NCBI GenBank assembly: GCA_977017645.1
Contig: OZ360229.1
Span: 26,288,001 to 26,352,000 of the forward strand
DNA from: Torpedo marmorata
Lineage: Eukaryota
Length of the DNA stretch: 64,000 bases
Reading direction: 5' to 3'
The notes under the pieces: generated by a model
Database searches by the model: none
The model's input: the letters and a program-made list of their open reading frames with translations, nothing else
Told to the model about the DNA's origin: nothing
Translations under genes and position numbers: made by a program
Part shown: positions 25,400-39,250 of the stretch, in pieces
Numbering within the stretch: the stretch's first letter is position 1
How the letters are laid out: each line of letters starts with the position of its first letter

Positions 25400-26135
25400 G
25401 GAAAACTGGTATGATTATGTGGATAGGTTTGATATGTACTGCATTGCCCATGATGTGAGGGATACAGAAACCTGCAAGAAAAAATAGGCACTGTTTTTAA
25501 GCGAGGTGGGGAGCAGAACATACAGTCTGATCAAGACCCTATTGGCACCGGGAAAACCAAATACCAAGTCTTATGAAGAGTTATGTGACCTGGTTGGAGA
25601 GCATCTGTCCCCAAAACCAGTGGTGATCGCGGAAAGATACAAATTCTACGCCCGAAAGCAAAAGACAGGCGAAACGGTGAGCCAATATTTTGCCGAATTG
25701 CGTAAGTTGTCGGAGACATGTAGTTTTGGAAATTTTTTGGATGAGGCCCTGAGACACAAGTTGGTAATCGGTCTGGCTGACCGCCATGCCCAACAACGAT
25801 TGTTGAGCAGGAAAAGTTTGGACATTAAGTCCGCCTATGAGATAGCATTGAGTTTCGAAATGGCCGATCGTAACATTGATATTATACAAGGGGAGCAAAT
25901 GGTGAAGAGAATGGACCGACGAGAATGCTTCCGCTGTGGTAGGAATAACCACAGTCCTGATAACTGTTATCAGAAAAGGAACAAGTGCTATTTATGTGAC
26001 AAGGAGGGACACATCAAGTCAAAGTGTCCAAGACAGAAAGAAAATAGAGAAAAAGAGGGTCACCGAGGGAAGAAAAACAAGAAATTGAAGTATAAAAAAA
26101 CAATCTTCCAAGATAAAAAACCTCAGGGGAAATGA
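25400..26135 (+). pseudogene. Gypsy 1 gag
   Basis: IAERYKFYARKQ; knuckles CFRCGRNNHSPDNC and CYLCDKEGHIKSKC. Confidence 0.88.
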
Positions 26136-26477
26136 CAAAAGTTCCAGCAGTGAGCCAGAGTACCAAAGCGACTCCAAGGATGATGGGGCATTGGCAGTAA
26201 AGTACATCCGTAGTGTAGTTGATCGCAGGTCAGAAATGTTTGTTCATATTAAAGTTAACAATGAACCGGTCCAGATGGAACTCGACACAGGGGCGGCTGT
26301 GTCATTAATGTCGAAAGATCTGAAAGACAAACTACTGCCCAAACTTGAAATGAAACGGTCGGACATAGTGTTAAAGACGGTTATCGGAGAGAAAGTCAAA
26401 GTGCTAGGGAAATGTAAAGTAGACATCGAGTATAAGGGACAGACAAAGAAAGGATTACCCCTTTACATTGTACATAC

Positions 26478-27369
26478 TGTTACAAATTCAAACCAGCAAC
26501 GACAGAAGACGCAATGCAAAAGGGGTAAAATTGAAATTACTATTTATTAAACACAATTAAACATGTAATTTCACAACAATTAACCCCACTATAAACGTCT
26601 ATAAACACTATTCTTATCTAAAAGGTGTGTGTGTGTGTAAAGCCCAGACCATTACAGTCTGTGCCCAACCCTTATGTAAAAATGGAAAAACTTTCCCCAA
26701 AAAACCCCAGGTCAGTCATAAAAAACAAGTCAGTCAAAAAAACAAAAGAATAATTCAGTCCACAAGATTCACTCTCTAAGTTCAGGCTTCAATTCAGCTC
26801 TGGGTCTGGTAGAAGTACTTCTGAATGAACGTTGGAGAGAGACAATGACAGTTATGCTTACAAATACTTGTTTTCTTCTCTGATGACGTCCCCTTCTTGT
26901 AGGTTCATAAGGATTGCAAGTTCCAGATCAGTATACCACTGATTTAGGCGTATGCTTGAATCTCACAGCTAGTCTCGCTGATCTCACGCCTGTTCTCCAC
27001 AGAAGTTGCTTTTTCTCAGAATTTCTCTCTGAGACAGGAGGCCATGTGCTATTCTGTCAGTCTTTCTCTGACTTTTGCACACGCCTGGATTTGGCTGTGT
27101 CTTGTAGCCTTGCAACTCACAACTGTGTCTGCTTTGCAGAGATCTGCCCCTGCTTTTTGCAGAAGTGAAACAAATGTATCTTGTCCAGGCTGTCTCTGTC
27201 TCTCTCTCTGTCTGGGTACACCAAGAGTGCAACAATGTATCTTGTCTGGGTACACCAAGTAGCTGGGGAAGTTAACTCTTTCAGTACCTGGCCCCAGTGT
27301 ATACTCCAAAAGAATTCTTCCTTCCTGCTGACCGTCCGCAGTCCAAATGGTCAGTCATGGTCCATAACA
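26478..27369 (-). mobile_element. Solo LTR, 892 bp, in Gypsy 1 protease
   Basis: Reverse complement of 20924-21823; TSD ATAC; removal restores LYIVHTKGPALFG. Confidence 0.92.
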
Positions 27370-29645
27370 ATACAAAAGGACCCGCCTTGTTTGGAAGGGA
27401 TTGGTTGTCGCACATCCAACTGGATTGGAAGGAAATTGTTGTGGTGAATAACATACAAACTATGGGCGAAAAGAAATCAAAGCTGAAGCAGATGCTTCAG
27501 AAGTGTCAGACAGTTTTTGAGAAGGACCTGGAAAAAATTCAGGGAGTCCAGGTAAAATTGCAATTGGAACCGGAAGCCAAACCTAAGTTCTTTAAGCCAA
27601 GGACGGTACCTTTCGCGATTTAAAAAAAGGAATTGAGACGGAGCTCAACAGATTAGAAAACGAAGGAATACTCGAGAAACTTCAGTACAGCGACTGGGCA
27701 GCTCCTATTGTGCCGGTCAGAAAACCCAATGGTGAAATTCGAATTTGTGGGGACTATAAGGTCACAATTAACCAAGCACTGCAAGTTCCCGGACATCCCA
27801 TTCCGAGAGCAGAGGAATTATTTCAAGCTCTAAATGGTGGGAAAAAGTTCACGAAATTGGACTTATCACAAGCGTATCAACAAGTCGAATTGGACCCCGA
27901 ACCAAGGAAGTATGGGGCTATCAACACTCACCTGGAATTGTTCACTTACACCAGGATGCCATATGGGATATCATCAGCTCCAGCAATATTTCAAGCTGTC
28001 ATGGTCAAACTATTGCAAGGACTAAATGTTGGATGTTACCTAGATGACATCATCATAACACGTCGGGACGACGCAGAGCATCTAACAAACCTGGAAAAGG
28101 TCCTTGCCAGGTTAGAACAGGCTAAAGTCCGACTGCATCAAGACAAGTGTGTATTTATGGTACCCTCAGTAACGTATTTGGGATTTATGATTGACCGTGA
28201 AGGAGTCAGGATGGATACAGCTGGCACCGAAGCCGTTTGCCGTGCACCTTGCCCATCGAATCGAGCTGAGTTACAATCGTTTTTAGGTTTGGTTAACCAT
28301 TATCGGAAGCACATCCCTAACATGTCAACGCTGTGCAACCCGCTCAACCAATTGTTAAAAAAAGACCAGAAATGGTGCTGGAATGCGGAAACCGACAAAG
28401 GTTTCAATTGCTTGAAGAAATTGCTGATCTCAAGGGACAATGTTCTCGTTCATTACGACCCAGACAAGGAAGTGACCCTGGCTGTTGATGCTTCACCTAT
28501 TGGTTTAGGTGCGGTATTGTCACAAGTCACGGAAAAGGAGAACAACCGGTTGCATATGCTTCCCGCTCCTTGACGGCCTGTGAACGGAACTATGCGCAAC
28601 TGGAGAAGGAAGGACTAGCCATAATCTTTGGGCTTAAGCGATTTCACCAATACCTATATGGTAGGATGTTTACTTTAGTGACGGACAATAAACCACTGAG
28701 CTTGTTCTTAGGCCCCAAGAAAGGCATTCCTGTGTTAGCGGCGGCGAGAATGAAAGATGGGCGATGGAGCACGCGGCGTACGATTATGACCTAAAGCATC
28801 GTCCGGCAGACAAGAACAGCCATGCGGATGCATTATCGCGCTTACCTCTGCCTGTGACAGAACAGGCGGAAGGGAACATTAATTGGACAACGGAAGCCAC
28901 AGCGATCATCCAGGAACAACTTCACCACTTGCCTATTACAGCGAAGGCTATCAGCAAAGATGTACAGAAAGAAGCTAAACTGTCGAAGATTCTATACTTC
29001 ACCTTGAATGGGTGGCCAGAGGCCGACAGTATTACCCCCGAATTGAAAGCTTATCACACGGGGCGAAACAAAATATCAATTGAAGAGGGTTGCCTGTTGT
29101 GGGGAACAAGAACAATCATCCCCAAGAAATGGCAAGAGGCCATGCTAAAAGAGCTCCACACCAATCATCCAGATGAAGGCGCTGGCACGCATGCATGTCT
29201 GGTGGCCATCGATTGACAGTGACATTGAACAGATGGTGCGGAGATGTCACATCTGCCAAGAAATGCAACCGAAGGCACCCCAGGCCATGGAAATGGTCAT
29301 CACAACCATGGCACCGAATTCACATTGATTTCGCTGGTCCATTTATGGGGGGAAATTTTCTGATTATTGTGGATGCACACTCTAAATGTAGTGCCAATGC
29401 GGTCAATGACAACGGAAAAAAACAATTGAGGAACTACGAGGTGTGTTCACAGGGTATGGATTCCCCATAGAACTGGTTTCAGACAATGGACCTCAATTTG
29501 TGTCAGATGCTTTCAAACAATTTCTGCGAGGCAACAATGTGCGACACATATTATCTGCACCCTACCACCCTAGTACTAATGGGGAAGCGGAGCACTTCGT
29601 GCAGACGTTTAAAAGAGCAATGAAAGCAAAGAAGTCATGTACATA

Positions 29646-29898
29646 GGGCGGCACGGTTTGCTTAGTGGTTAGCGTAACGCCTTTACAGCGCCAGCGATCG
29701 GGACCGGACCTGGGTTCGAATCCCGCGCTGTCGGTAAGGAATTTGTACGTTCTCCCCGTGTCTGCGTGGGTTTTCTCCGGGGGCTCCGGTTTCCTCCCAC
29801 CTTTCAAAAATGTACCGGGGGTGTAGGTTAAAGGGGTGTAAATTGGGTGGCACGAACTCGTAGGGCCGAAATGGCCTGTTACAGTGCTGTATGTCTAA
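29646..29898 (+). mobile_element. V-SINE inside Gypsy 1 integrase
   Basis: Family consensus; absent at the equivalent site of Gypsy 2 (about 46495). Confidence 0.88.
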
Positions 29899-31625
29899 AA
29901 TATCATGGAACCATAAAATTGCAGACTTTCTGTTATCATACAGAACAACACCGCACTCCACTACAAAATGCACGCCGGCAGAACTGATGTTTGGACGCAA
30001 CTTGAGAACCCGATTTACTGCAGTGCACCCAAACATCGGACCGTATTCAACAGTCGACATCCCCGAGTAAGCCAACAAGAGCACTGGAGATTGGAGAAAG
30101 AGTATTAGTAAGGGATTACTGGGAGAATAAAGAAACATGGATAAGACGCGTGCTCCTAAAGAAACCAAGTCCATGTTCATATTCGGTACTAGTGGGGGAC
30201 AAGATATGGAAACGACACATCGACCATTTAAAAGCAATCGAGGACTCCATCTCCGTTCCAATGGCGGACGATCCCCCAGACGTTCCGGTTTGGGCACAAC
30301 CCGACGATGATGCCCCTGAGATAGCCCCGGTACCGGCGGCATAGAAGCAAGATGCCGGTCAAATACCGGACACACAGCTAGTAGTGCCAGCCAGCGAGGA
30401 GAAGTTATCTGCTCCAGAGGAGTTGAAAAGTCGTACTCCAGCTCGGTGTTCTTCATTCCCGAGAAGATCCAAGAGAGAAAGACACCTCCAGTACATCTAA
30501 AATACTGTGCAGTGACTTAAAGACTTTATTCAATACATCTCAAAGACTATGGGCGGCGACTTTAAGACTTTGTATGTTTCCAGTAGAGTGGGATCTATAA
30601 TTACCATGATTAGTGAAAGTTATAGTTAAATTCTCTGTAGTGTTAACCTCGTTAAATTCTATGTAGTGTCAGCATCGTTAATTTTAACTTTATACTTATT
30701 TACCAGTAAGTTCAAAACATTTTTTTTTGAGGGGGAAGAGTGTTATGGGAACGCGCATGCACGCGTTACGTCAGGTATGCGGAGTGTTGTGGGAACACGC
30801 ATGCATGGGTGACGTCAGGTACACGGTGTGCATTGTGGGGAGAGTTTCAGTTTGGCGCCATCTTCGAATGAATAAAGACACGCTTACCGCTTCTCTCGAG
30901 TGATGTTATTTTCAAAGGGAAAATACACGACTGTCTCCTATCCTGCAGACTCTGCTCCCAGACCTTCTTGGTGGGAGGGGGGTGGGGGGTGGATGCTCTC
31001 CCACTCTGGTGCCCTGCGCCGGTCCGTTGCTCCCGCGGAGGCCGCAACCCTCATGGTCTGGGCTTCCAAGCATGGGCGCCGCCATCTTGGACACGAACCT
31101 CCGAGGATTCGCTGGTGTAAAATAAAACACCACCAGCCCCGTGCTACAGGTGGTTATACCTGTACAGGCCACCAGGCATAACGACAGAGCAGTCAGACCT
31201 CATGAAGGAGTGCTGGAAAACATGTCTCCACTCCTCCTGGATCCACACCAGTGGCAGCGCTGATGCTACAATGTGCTAATTGTCCACTGTACAGTTGCCT
31301 CCAGTGTGTGGGTGATCGACAGAAATTGGGGGGAGCTGATAGAATGTAAGGAGAATAAAAAAATAAGATTAATGTTGGACTAGTATAAATGAATGTTTAA
31401 TGCTCAATGAGGACGATAGGCTGAAGGGCCTATTTCTATTCTGTTCCTTTCTAGGACTCTCTGACTATGATCCTTTACGACCCCTGCTACACTACACTGC
31501 ACTTTAAAGGATCATGGCTAAACTGCAGAAAACATGGACCATTTCCCATATCACTAAAGTAATGCAAGGCAGGGAGTTTCCAGGTTTAAACAGTGACAAC
31601 ACTAGAAGAGTGATGTCTCTCCAAC

Positions 31626-32927
31626 CAGTGCCGGATTAAGGTATTGCGGGGCCTGTATCATATATTTTTAAAGGGGCCCTAAGTAGTGCCGGCTGGCGCA
31701 TGCGCGGTGAGGGGGAAGAGTGACGGCAGCGCACGAAGTGCCGGCTGGCACATGCACAATGAGGGGGAAGAGGGGAAACTCATTCAGCTCTTTAATTCGT
31801 GCTTGTAAACCACTATACTTGCCACTCATGTTGCTGCCATTGTCATAACTTTGACCACAGCAGTCTTTTATATCAATGCCATTTTCCTATAAAAAGTCAA
31901 GTAAACTTTGAGCGAGCTGTTCAGCACTATGACCTTCCATATCGAAAAACTTCACAAATCTTTCAACTGGTCCAGATGGCAAAATGTAGCATACAGTCAA
32001 AGTCAGCCGGTCCACATTAGATAAATCTGGAGTAGAATCCAATGAAACAGAATAATACTTGTATTTCTTCACTTCACAGATAATGTGATCCAGTATGCCG
32101 GATCCAATCAAATTGATGAATTCCTCACATGTTGTTTTAGATTGGTATGATTTATGTCCCCTTCCTTTGTTTGCATGAGTATTTATGTGCTCTGCCAGAA
32201 AAGGGTCAAACTTGGCCAGTAATTCTTAAAACCCCAAGTAATTTCCATTGAGGAGAGCCAACAGTTTCATCACTACCACGAAATGAAAGGCCTCGTTCTG
32301 CTAAACACTTTACAACTTCAATTATTCGCTCTAGAAGTGTGCCCCAATACTTTTGTTCAGTCTCCATTTCTTTCACAAGTTGGGAATCGTCACTTCTGCC
32401 GCATTAGTACTAGTTGTTCCTATATTTCCAGCTTCAGCCGTTATAGCACCATCACCATGAACATCAAAATATTCTGTCAATTTATGTGTTTTTGACATCA
32501 CAGGTTGGTCTCTTCTTTCTTTTTCTTCCTTCACTTTACGTTTTGCACTTCCAGAAGCATAATGACGTCCAATATCTCCGGCTCTACTGCCCATCATTGC
32601 TATCTTCAATCCTCCGACGTGTAAACGAATCCAGGCAGCTGACTGAGGGCCTGAGGATTATTTTTTGTTCCGCTAAGGCGCGTTTCCGTTTACATTTTTG
32701 TTTTCATCTTTGTGCAACGGCTATGAAATTTAAGGTTAGCGATTTTAGCCAATTATCAGCTTTAATCGGGGTTATTAACACAGACTATCAGTGTGGTATC
32801 TCATAGCCGCTGCACAAAGATGAAAACAAAAATGTTTCTCATAATTCATAGTACATAAATGCGGGGCCCTTGAAAATCTGGGGCCCATAGCATATGCTAC
32901 TTTCGCTACTACGTTAATCTGGCCCTG
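31626..32927 (-). mobile_element. hAT (Tip100/ZMYM1-type) transposon, internally deleted
   Basis: TIRs CAGTGCCGGATTAA / TTAATCTGGCCCTG; 8-bp TSD TCTCCAAC; transposase piece FRG..GNY..YYSVSLDSTPDLSNVD..ERFVKF at about 31880-32300. Confidence 0.92.
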
Positions 32928-33507
32928 TCTCCAACTCAGGATGATGGGTAACTTGAGAGGAATATTTCAATGGAGGTGTTTTCTCATGCCCTTGTCTTGA
33001 GTAGTGGAAGCAGCAGATTCAGGAGATGCTGTGAAAGAAGATTTGCTGCATTTTCATTGAGTGTTTGGTGTACCACTAGTGGCTGGAGTGAATGTTTATT
33101 GTTGTGGGAACGCGTTACGTCATCACGCAAGTTACGTGGGTGACGGGATTACATAAGCGACATGGCAAGGGCGCGGTTTAGTTTTGTGTGCACCATTTTA
33201 CTTAGTGAATAAAGTATGCCAACTGCTCCACAAGAAGTGTCTGAATTAATGTGGATATGACAGACTGGCGACGAGGATTAAAAAAAAATCCAAACTCCGG
33301 ACGACGGAGCTACAGGATTTCAGCTAAAAAGAAATCAGAAGTAAAGGAATTTCGTCGGAATTAATGTCAGAAGACAACAGAACTTCTAAGAAAAGACTAT
33401 CTCTCTATATTGTAGGGACGAAAGGACCCGCATTGTTGGGAAGAGATTGGTTGACACACATTCCACTAGATTGGAAGGAAATTTGGGCCGTGAAGAAGGT
33501 ACAAACA

Positions 33508-35608
33508 AGATTTACCATTAGTATTAACGCTAGATGCTGAAAAGGCTTTTGATAAATTAGAGTGGAATTTTTTATTTAAGGTATTGGAGAAATTTGGCTT
33601 CGGAACTACATTTATTAATTGGATTAAAACTATATATAAAGAACCATCTGCTAAAGTAATTACAAATGGACAAATTTCTTCAAGATTTCCCCTGACTAGA
33701 TCTACTAGACAAGGATGTCCTTTGTCACCAGTGTTATTTACTTTGGCGATAGAACCTTTGGCAGAATTAGTTAGAAAAGATGTTAAAATTGTAGGTATTA
33801 AAGTTGGAACGGAAGAAGATAAAATTAGTTTATTTGCAGATGATGTATTGATATATATGACAAAACCTATTACATCTTTAGTACAATTGTCTGCTTTATT
33901 GAGAGAGTATGGGGAAATATCTGGATATAAAATTAACTCTGATAAAAGTGAAATTATGGCATTATCACAAGGGGATTATAGTAAATGTAAAGATATTACA
34001 CAATTTAAATGGGCAAAAGAAGGAATTAAATATTGGGAATAAAGATTGATACAAAATTGGCTAATTTATATAAATTAAATTATTTACCATTGTTTATGAA
34101 AATAAAAAAAATTTAGAAAATTGGAAAGATTTACCTATAACTTTAATGGGAAGAGTAAACTGTATTAAAATGAATGTTTTTCCAAGAATTCAATATCTTT
34201 TTCAATCAATTCCTTATGATTTAACTAAATCTTCTGCTTGGATTAGAATAGAATTAAATAATATAGGAGAAGATACTAAAGAAGGAGTTATTTATAAATG
34301 GGATTCTAAATTAATATCAACAAAAAGGAAAAATTCTCCTATTCTTAAACATCTGTTAGAAATTTGGAGTAAGATGGATAAAGAAATAGGAGGAAAAGGA
34401 ACGATTTCTCCTGATGCCTTTATATCAAAATGAACTTATTCCATTTACTATTAATAATCAATTATTTAAAATTTGGTTTCAAAAAGGAATTAAGAAAATA
34501 AATAATTGTTTTGAAGCTGGGAAATTTATTACTTTTCAAAGAATGAAAGATAAATTTAATATATTGGATAATACACTTTTTTCTTATTATCAAATTAGAG
34601 CATTTTTGGTTGAGAAATTAGGTTATAATCTGATTCTACCAAGACAGAATGAATTAGAATTATTAGTTACTAAAGGAGATGTAAATAAATTTATCTCTCA
34701 AATGTATAAATTGTTTCAGAGAAAAGTTCCTAAAGTAGGAATTCATAAATCAAGATTAAAGTGGGAATTAGATTTGAATGTAATAATAGATGAAAATCAT
34801 TGGAAAGAATTATGTAAGTTAAGTATGACGAAGATTATTAATGTCAGATATAGATTAGTACAATATAATTTTTTTTCATCAATTATATTTAACACCCAAA
34901 AAATTAAAGAAATTTAATCCGACATTATCAGGTTTATGTTTTAGATGTAATAAAGAGGAAGGTTCTTTTGTACATTCTACATGGTTTTGTCCAAAAGTTT
35001 ATGATTTTTGGTTGAAAGTTAAAATGTTTTTAGATAAAGTATTTAAGATTACATTTCCAATGGACCCTATGTTATTTTTATTTGGAGATATTAAAAAACT
35101 TAGTATTAAGATGAAATTAAATATGTATCAAATAGAATTTTTGCAAATTGCTTTAGCTGTTTCAAAGAAATGTATTGCTATTACTTAGAAATCTGATGTA
35201 GATTTAGGGTTAGAAAGATGGCATGCAGAACTTCGTTCATGTATACCACTTGAAAAAATTACTTACAATTTACGCAATAAGTATCATTTCTTTTTAAAAA
35301 TTTGGAGCCCATATATGAAAGTTGTTGGTTTAAGAATTTGAAAATCTCTGGATATCGGATCTCTGGCGAACCTAACCTCCATAATAGAATTAGTTTATAG
35401 ATTTAATTTTTAGATTGACATTCTCCTTATTCTATCTTTTTCTTTCTTTCTTTTTATTTTTATTTTATTAGATTAGTAGGGATGGGAGGGTTAGGGAGGG
35501 GAGGGTGGGAGAGGGGGTGAAAATATATCACAAGTATTTTGATAATTTTATATTTTATCTTATGTATTTTGTGATTTAAAATTTTAAATAAAATATTTTT
35601 TTAAAAAA
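33508..35608 (+). mobile_element. L1 LINE, 5'-truncated (RT to poly(A))
   Basis: LDAEKAFD, RQGCPLSP, LFADD; 15-bp TSD AAGAAGGTACAAACA at 33493-33507 and 35609-35623. Confidence 0.92.
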
Positions 35609-35623
35609 AAGAAGGTACAAACA

Positions 35624-36480
35624 GTGGATGACGAGAAATCAAAGTTACAACAAGTGCTTTTGAAATATCAATCCGTGTTTGGAAAAAGCCTGGGAAAAAT
35701 TCAAGGAGTCCAAGTCAAATTACAAGTAAAACCTGAAGCAAAAGCTAAGTTTTTTAAACCAAGGCCAGTATCTTTTGCGATAAAGAGGGGAATTGAGACC
35801 GAACTGAATAGACTAAAAGCGGAAGGAATAATTGAAAAACTTCAATATAGTGACTGGGCTGCTCCTATCGTACCGGTCAGAAAACCCAGCGGCAAAATAA
35901 GAATTTGTGGCGATTACAAGGTCACAATAAACCAAGCCCAACAAGTGCCCGGACATCCAATTCCGAGAGCGGAAGAACTATTTCAAGCCCTGAATGGCGG
36001 AAAAAAGTTCACTAAGTTAGACTTATCGCAAGCGTACCTACAAGTTGAAATGGATCCGGAATCAAAAAAATATGTGGCTATCAACACCCACCTAGGATTG
36101 TTTACGTATACGAGAATGCCATATGGGATCTCATCAGCACCTGGAATATTTCAGTCAGTGATGGATAAGTTATTACAAGGAATAAATGTTGGATGCTACT
36201 TAGACGACATTATCATAACGGGTTAGGACGACGCAGAACACCTAACTACCCTGGAAAAGGTCCTAGCCAGGCTAGAACAGGCTAAAGTTCGACTGCGTCA
36301 AGACAAGTGTGTCTTTATGGTGCCCTCAGTAACATATTTGGTGTTCACAATTGACCACGAAGGGGTCAGAATGAATACAGCGGGCACCGAAGCCGTTCGC
36401 AGAGCACCCTGCCCATCAAACCGAGTGGAGTTGCAATCCTTCTTGGGATTGGTTAATCATTATCAGAAGCACATTCCTAA
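35624..36480 (+). pseudogene. Gypsy 2 pol, RT part
   Basis: WAAPIVPV, ICGDYK, YLDD. Confidence 0.9.
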
Positions 36481-38293
36481 TATAACCATATAACCATATA
36501 ACAATTACAGCACGGAAACAGGCCATTGGGCCCTTCCAGTCTGCACCGAACCAAACATTCCTATCTAGTCCCACCTACCTGCACCCTGCCCATAACCCTC
36601 CACTTCCTTCTCATCCATATACTTGTCCAACTTTTTCTTAAATAATAAAATTGACTCTGCCGCCACTACTTCTCCCGGAAGCTCATTCCACACCGCTACC
36701 ACTCTCTGAGTAAAGAAGTTCCCCCTCATGTTACCTCTAAACCTCTGCCCCTTAACTCTTAGCTCATGTCCTCTTGTTTCAATCTCTCCTACTCTTAATG
36801 GAAATAGTCTATCCACATCCACTCTGTCTATCTCTTTCATAATTTTAAATACCTCTATCAAATCCCCTCTCAACCTTCTACGCTCCAAAGAATAAAGACC
36901 TAATAGGCTCAATCTCTCCTTGTACTCTACCTTCTTAAACCCAGGTAACATTCTGGTAAACCTTCTCTGCACTCTCTCCACTTTGTTGATATCCTTCCTA
37001 TAATTTGGCGACCAGAACTGCACACAGAACTCTAAATTAGGCCGCACCAAAGCCTTATATAATCTCAACATCACTTCCCAACTCCTATATTCTATGCAAT
37101 GATTGATAAAGGCCAGCATACTAAATGCCTTCTTCACCACCCTATTCACATGAGTTTCCACCTTCAGGGAATGATGCACCGTTATTCCTAAATCTTTCTG
37201 CTCTTCTGTATTCATCAATGCTCTCCCATTTACTACATATGTCCTGTTCTGATTCTTCTTACCAAAATGAAGCACCTCACACTTATCAGCATTAAACTCC
37301 ATCTGCCATTTTTCAGCCCACTTTTCTAACCAGCCCAAATCCCTCTGCAATCCTTGAAAACCTTCATTATCCACTATTCCACCTATCTTAGTATCATCTG
37401 CATATTTACTAATCCAGTTTACCACCCCATCATCTAGATCATTGATATATATAACGAACAACAATGGGCCCAATACAGATCCCTGAGACACACCGCTGGT
37501 CACCGGCCTCCAACCTGACAGACAATTATCCACTACCACTCTCTGGCCTCTCCCTTCCAGCCAATGTTCAATCCATTTGACTATCTCAGAATTTATACCT
37601 AAAGACTGCACCTTCCTAACTAACCTTCCATGCGGAACCTTATCGAAGGCCTTACTGAAGTCCATATAGACAACATCCACTGTGCTACCCACATCCACAT
37701 TCCTAGTCACCTCTTCAAAAAATTCAATCAGATTGGTGAAACAGGACCTTCCGCTCACAAATCCGTGTTGAGAGTTCCTGATCAGACCCTGCCTATCCAG
37801 ATATTTATAAGTACTATCTCTGAGAACTTTCTCCATTAATTTACCTACCACAGACGTCAAACTTACAGGCCGATAATTGCCAGGCTTCCTCCTTGAACTC
37901 TTTTTAAATAACGGAACCACATGCGCAATACGCCAATTCTCCGGCACTATCCCCATCTCTAATGACATTTGGAAAATCACCATCAGAGCCTCTGCTATTT
38001 CTTCACTTACTTCTTAAAGGTCCTGGGGAAGATCCCGTCGGGTCCCGGAGACTTATCCACCTTTATATGCCTCAAAAGCCCTAACACTACATCTTTCGTA
38101 ATCCCTATATTCTCCATATTTACCCAATTTGCTTTTTTTATCTCGCATATCTCAATATCCTTCTCCTTGGTGAATACCGAAGAAAAGAAACTGTTCAATA
38201 TCTCCCCCATTTCTCTAGGCTCCACACACAGTTTTCCGCTCTGATTCTCTAAGGGACCAATTTTGTCCCTCGCTTTCCTTTTACCATTAACGT

Positions 38294-38869
38294 TATTATG
38301 GTGACTTCGATCCAACAATAGTCACCTGGAGGCTAAGTGATATACTTGTCTTTGACGCGTTTTAATTAATTTACCAACAAAGTCCAATATGTTCAAAAGT
38401 CTTTATTTACACACGTGACTTGCAGTAATCTTCAATGACTTAAATATAAACAGTTCTTGAAAACGATGTATGATGAGTTTCTTTAAATGATTCTTTAACC
38501 AATTCCAAACTACAAAGTAACCAGTTCAATGTTCTGAAACGATGTATAAGACGTTATAAAACGGTCAATAAAGATATGGAAATTTCACTCACCCTCCTAC
38601 ATCTTATTCTTTCTCCTATTCTCTCATTCGCGCATGCCCCGTCGCTCCCATACCACTGCGCACCCTCCATCGCGCATACTACATTTCCCAATATACACCG
38701 CGCAAAATGACGTCACTCCAGACTGCGCATGCGCCCGTCGGCACTCCAGCGCATGCGCAGAGCACAGAACGGGCCGAGGACAGCCTACAGACAACGCGAG
38801 CGCTCCACAACCCGACGAGACATCGGAGCGCCGCAGCAAAGGTAAGTTAATGAGCCTACGGCTCTTACA
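38294..38869 (-). repeat. 3' LTR of BEL-derived copy 2
   Basis: Direct repeat of 43527-44101. Confidence 0.95.
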
Positions 38870-39065
38870 CCGGCCCCTAATTATTATAATTAGATGCAAT
38901 GTCTTGAATAATAATTACACTATAAATTATAAATAACAATAACCATAACATTCAAACAATACAAATCTTCTTTCTTCCTTGTTCATAAACCTAGAGTTTA
39001 CCATAACTCTGAAAAGTCTGTAACCTGTGAAATATACAACAACAAATAAAGTCAGTTTATATTTA

Positions 39066-39250
39066 TCAAAGTTCCTCTGACTCCAACAAAAGAGACAGAC
39101 CTTGTTAATAGGTCTGTTTAAAAAACCAGTCTTAGTTTCAATTCACACTTGACGCACAAGTCCCCTTTTGTCTTGAAAAGTCTCAATAATTTTTCCAAGT
39201 AACCAGGAGTTTCTTGAAGTTGAATCATCCATTATAATCACAATGTCTTT
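39066..39250 (-). pseudogene. BEL integrase C-terminal tail remnant
   Basis: DIVIIMDDSTSRNSWLLGKIIETFQDKRGLVRQV..KTGFLNRPINKVC. Confidence 0.8.

Larger units (their letters stand above)
26191..30520 (+). pseudogene. Gypsy 1 pol (PR-RT-RH-IN), frameshifted and interrupted
   Basis: LDTGAAVS, ICGDYK, YLDD, VDASP, DFAGP, DNGPQF. Confidence 0.9.
24935..30932 (+). mobile_element. Gypsy (Mag-type) LTR retrotransposon 1, full length, decayed
   Basis: 192-bp LTRs at 24935-25126 and 30741-30932; TSD GTCTC; PBS TGGCAACGAGGAT (tRNA-Ser-like) at 25130; PPT GAGGGGGAAGAG. Confidence 0.95.
24465..31290 (-). mobile_element. Non-coding retroposon related to 15005-16155, split by Gypsy 1
   Basis: Tail CCTTTATTGTCATG at about 24476; AGAGAGTCCCTTCAGAGACA shared with 15660-15680 (reverse complement). 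Confidence 0.45.
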
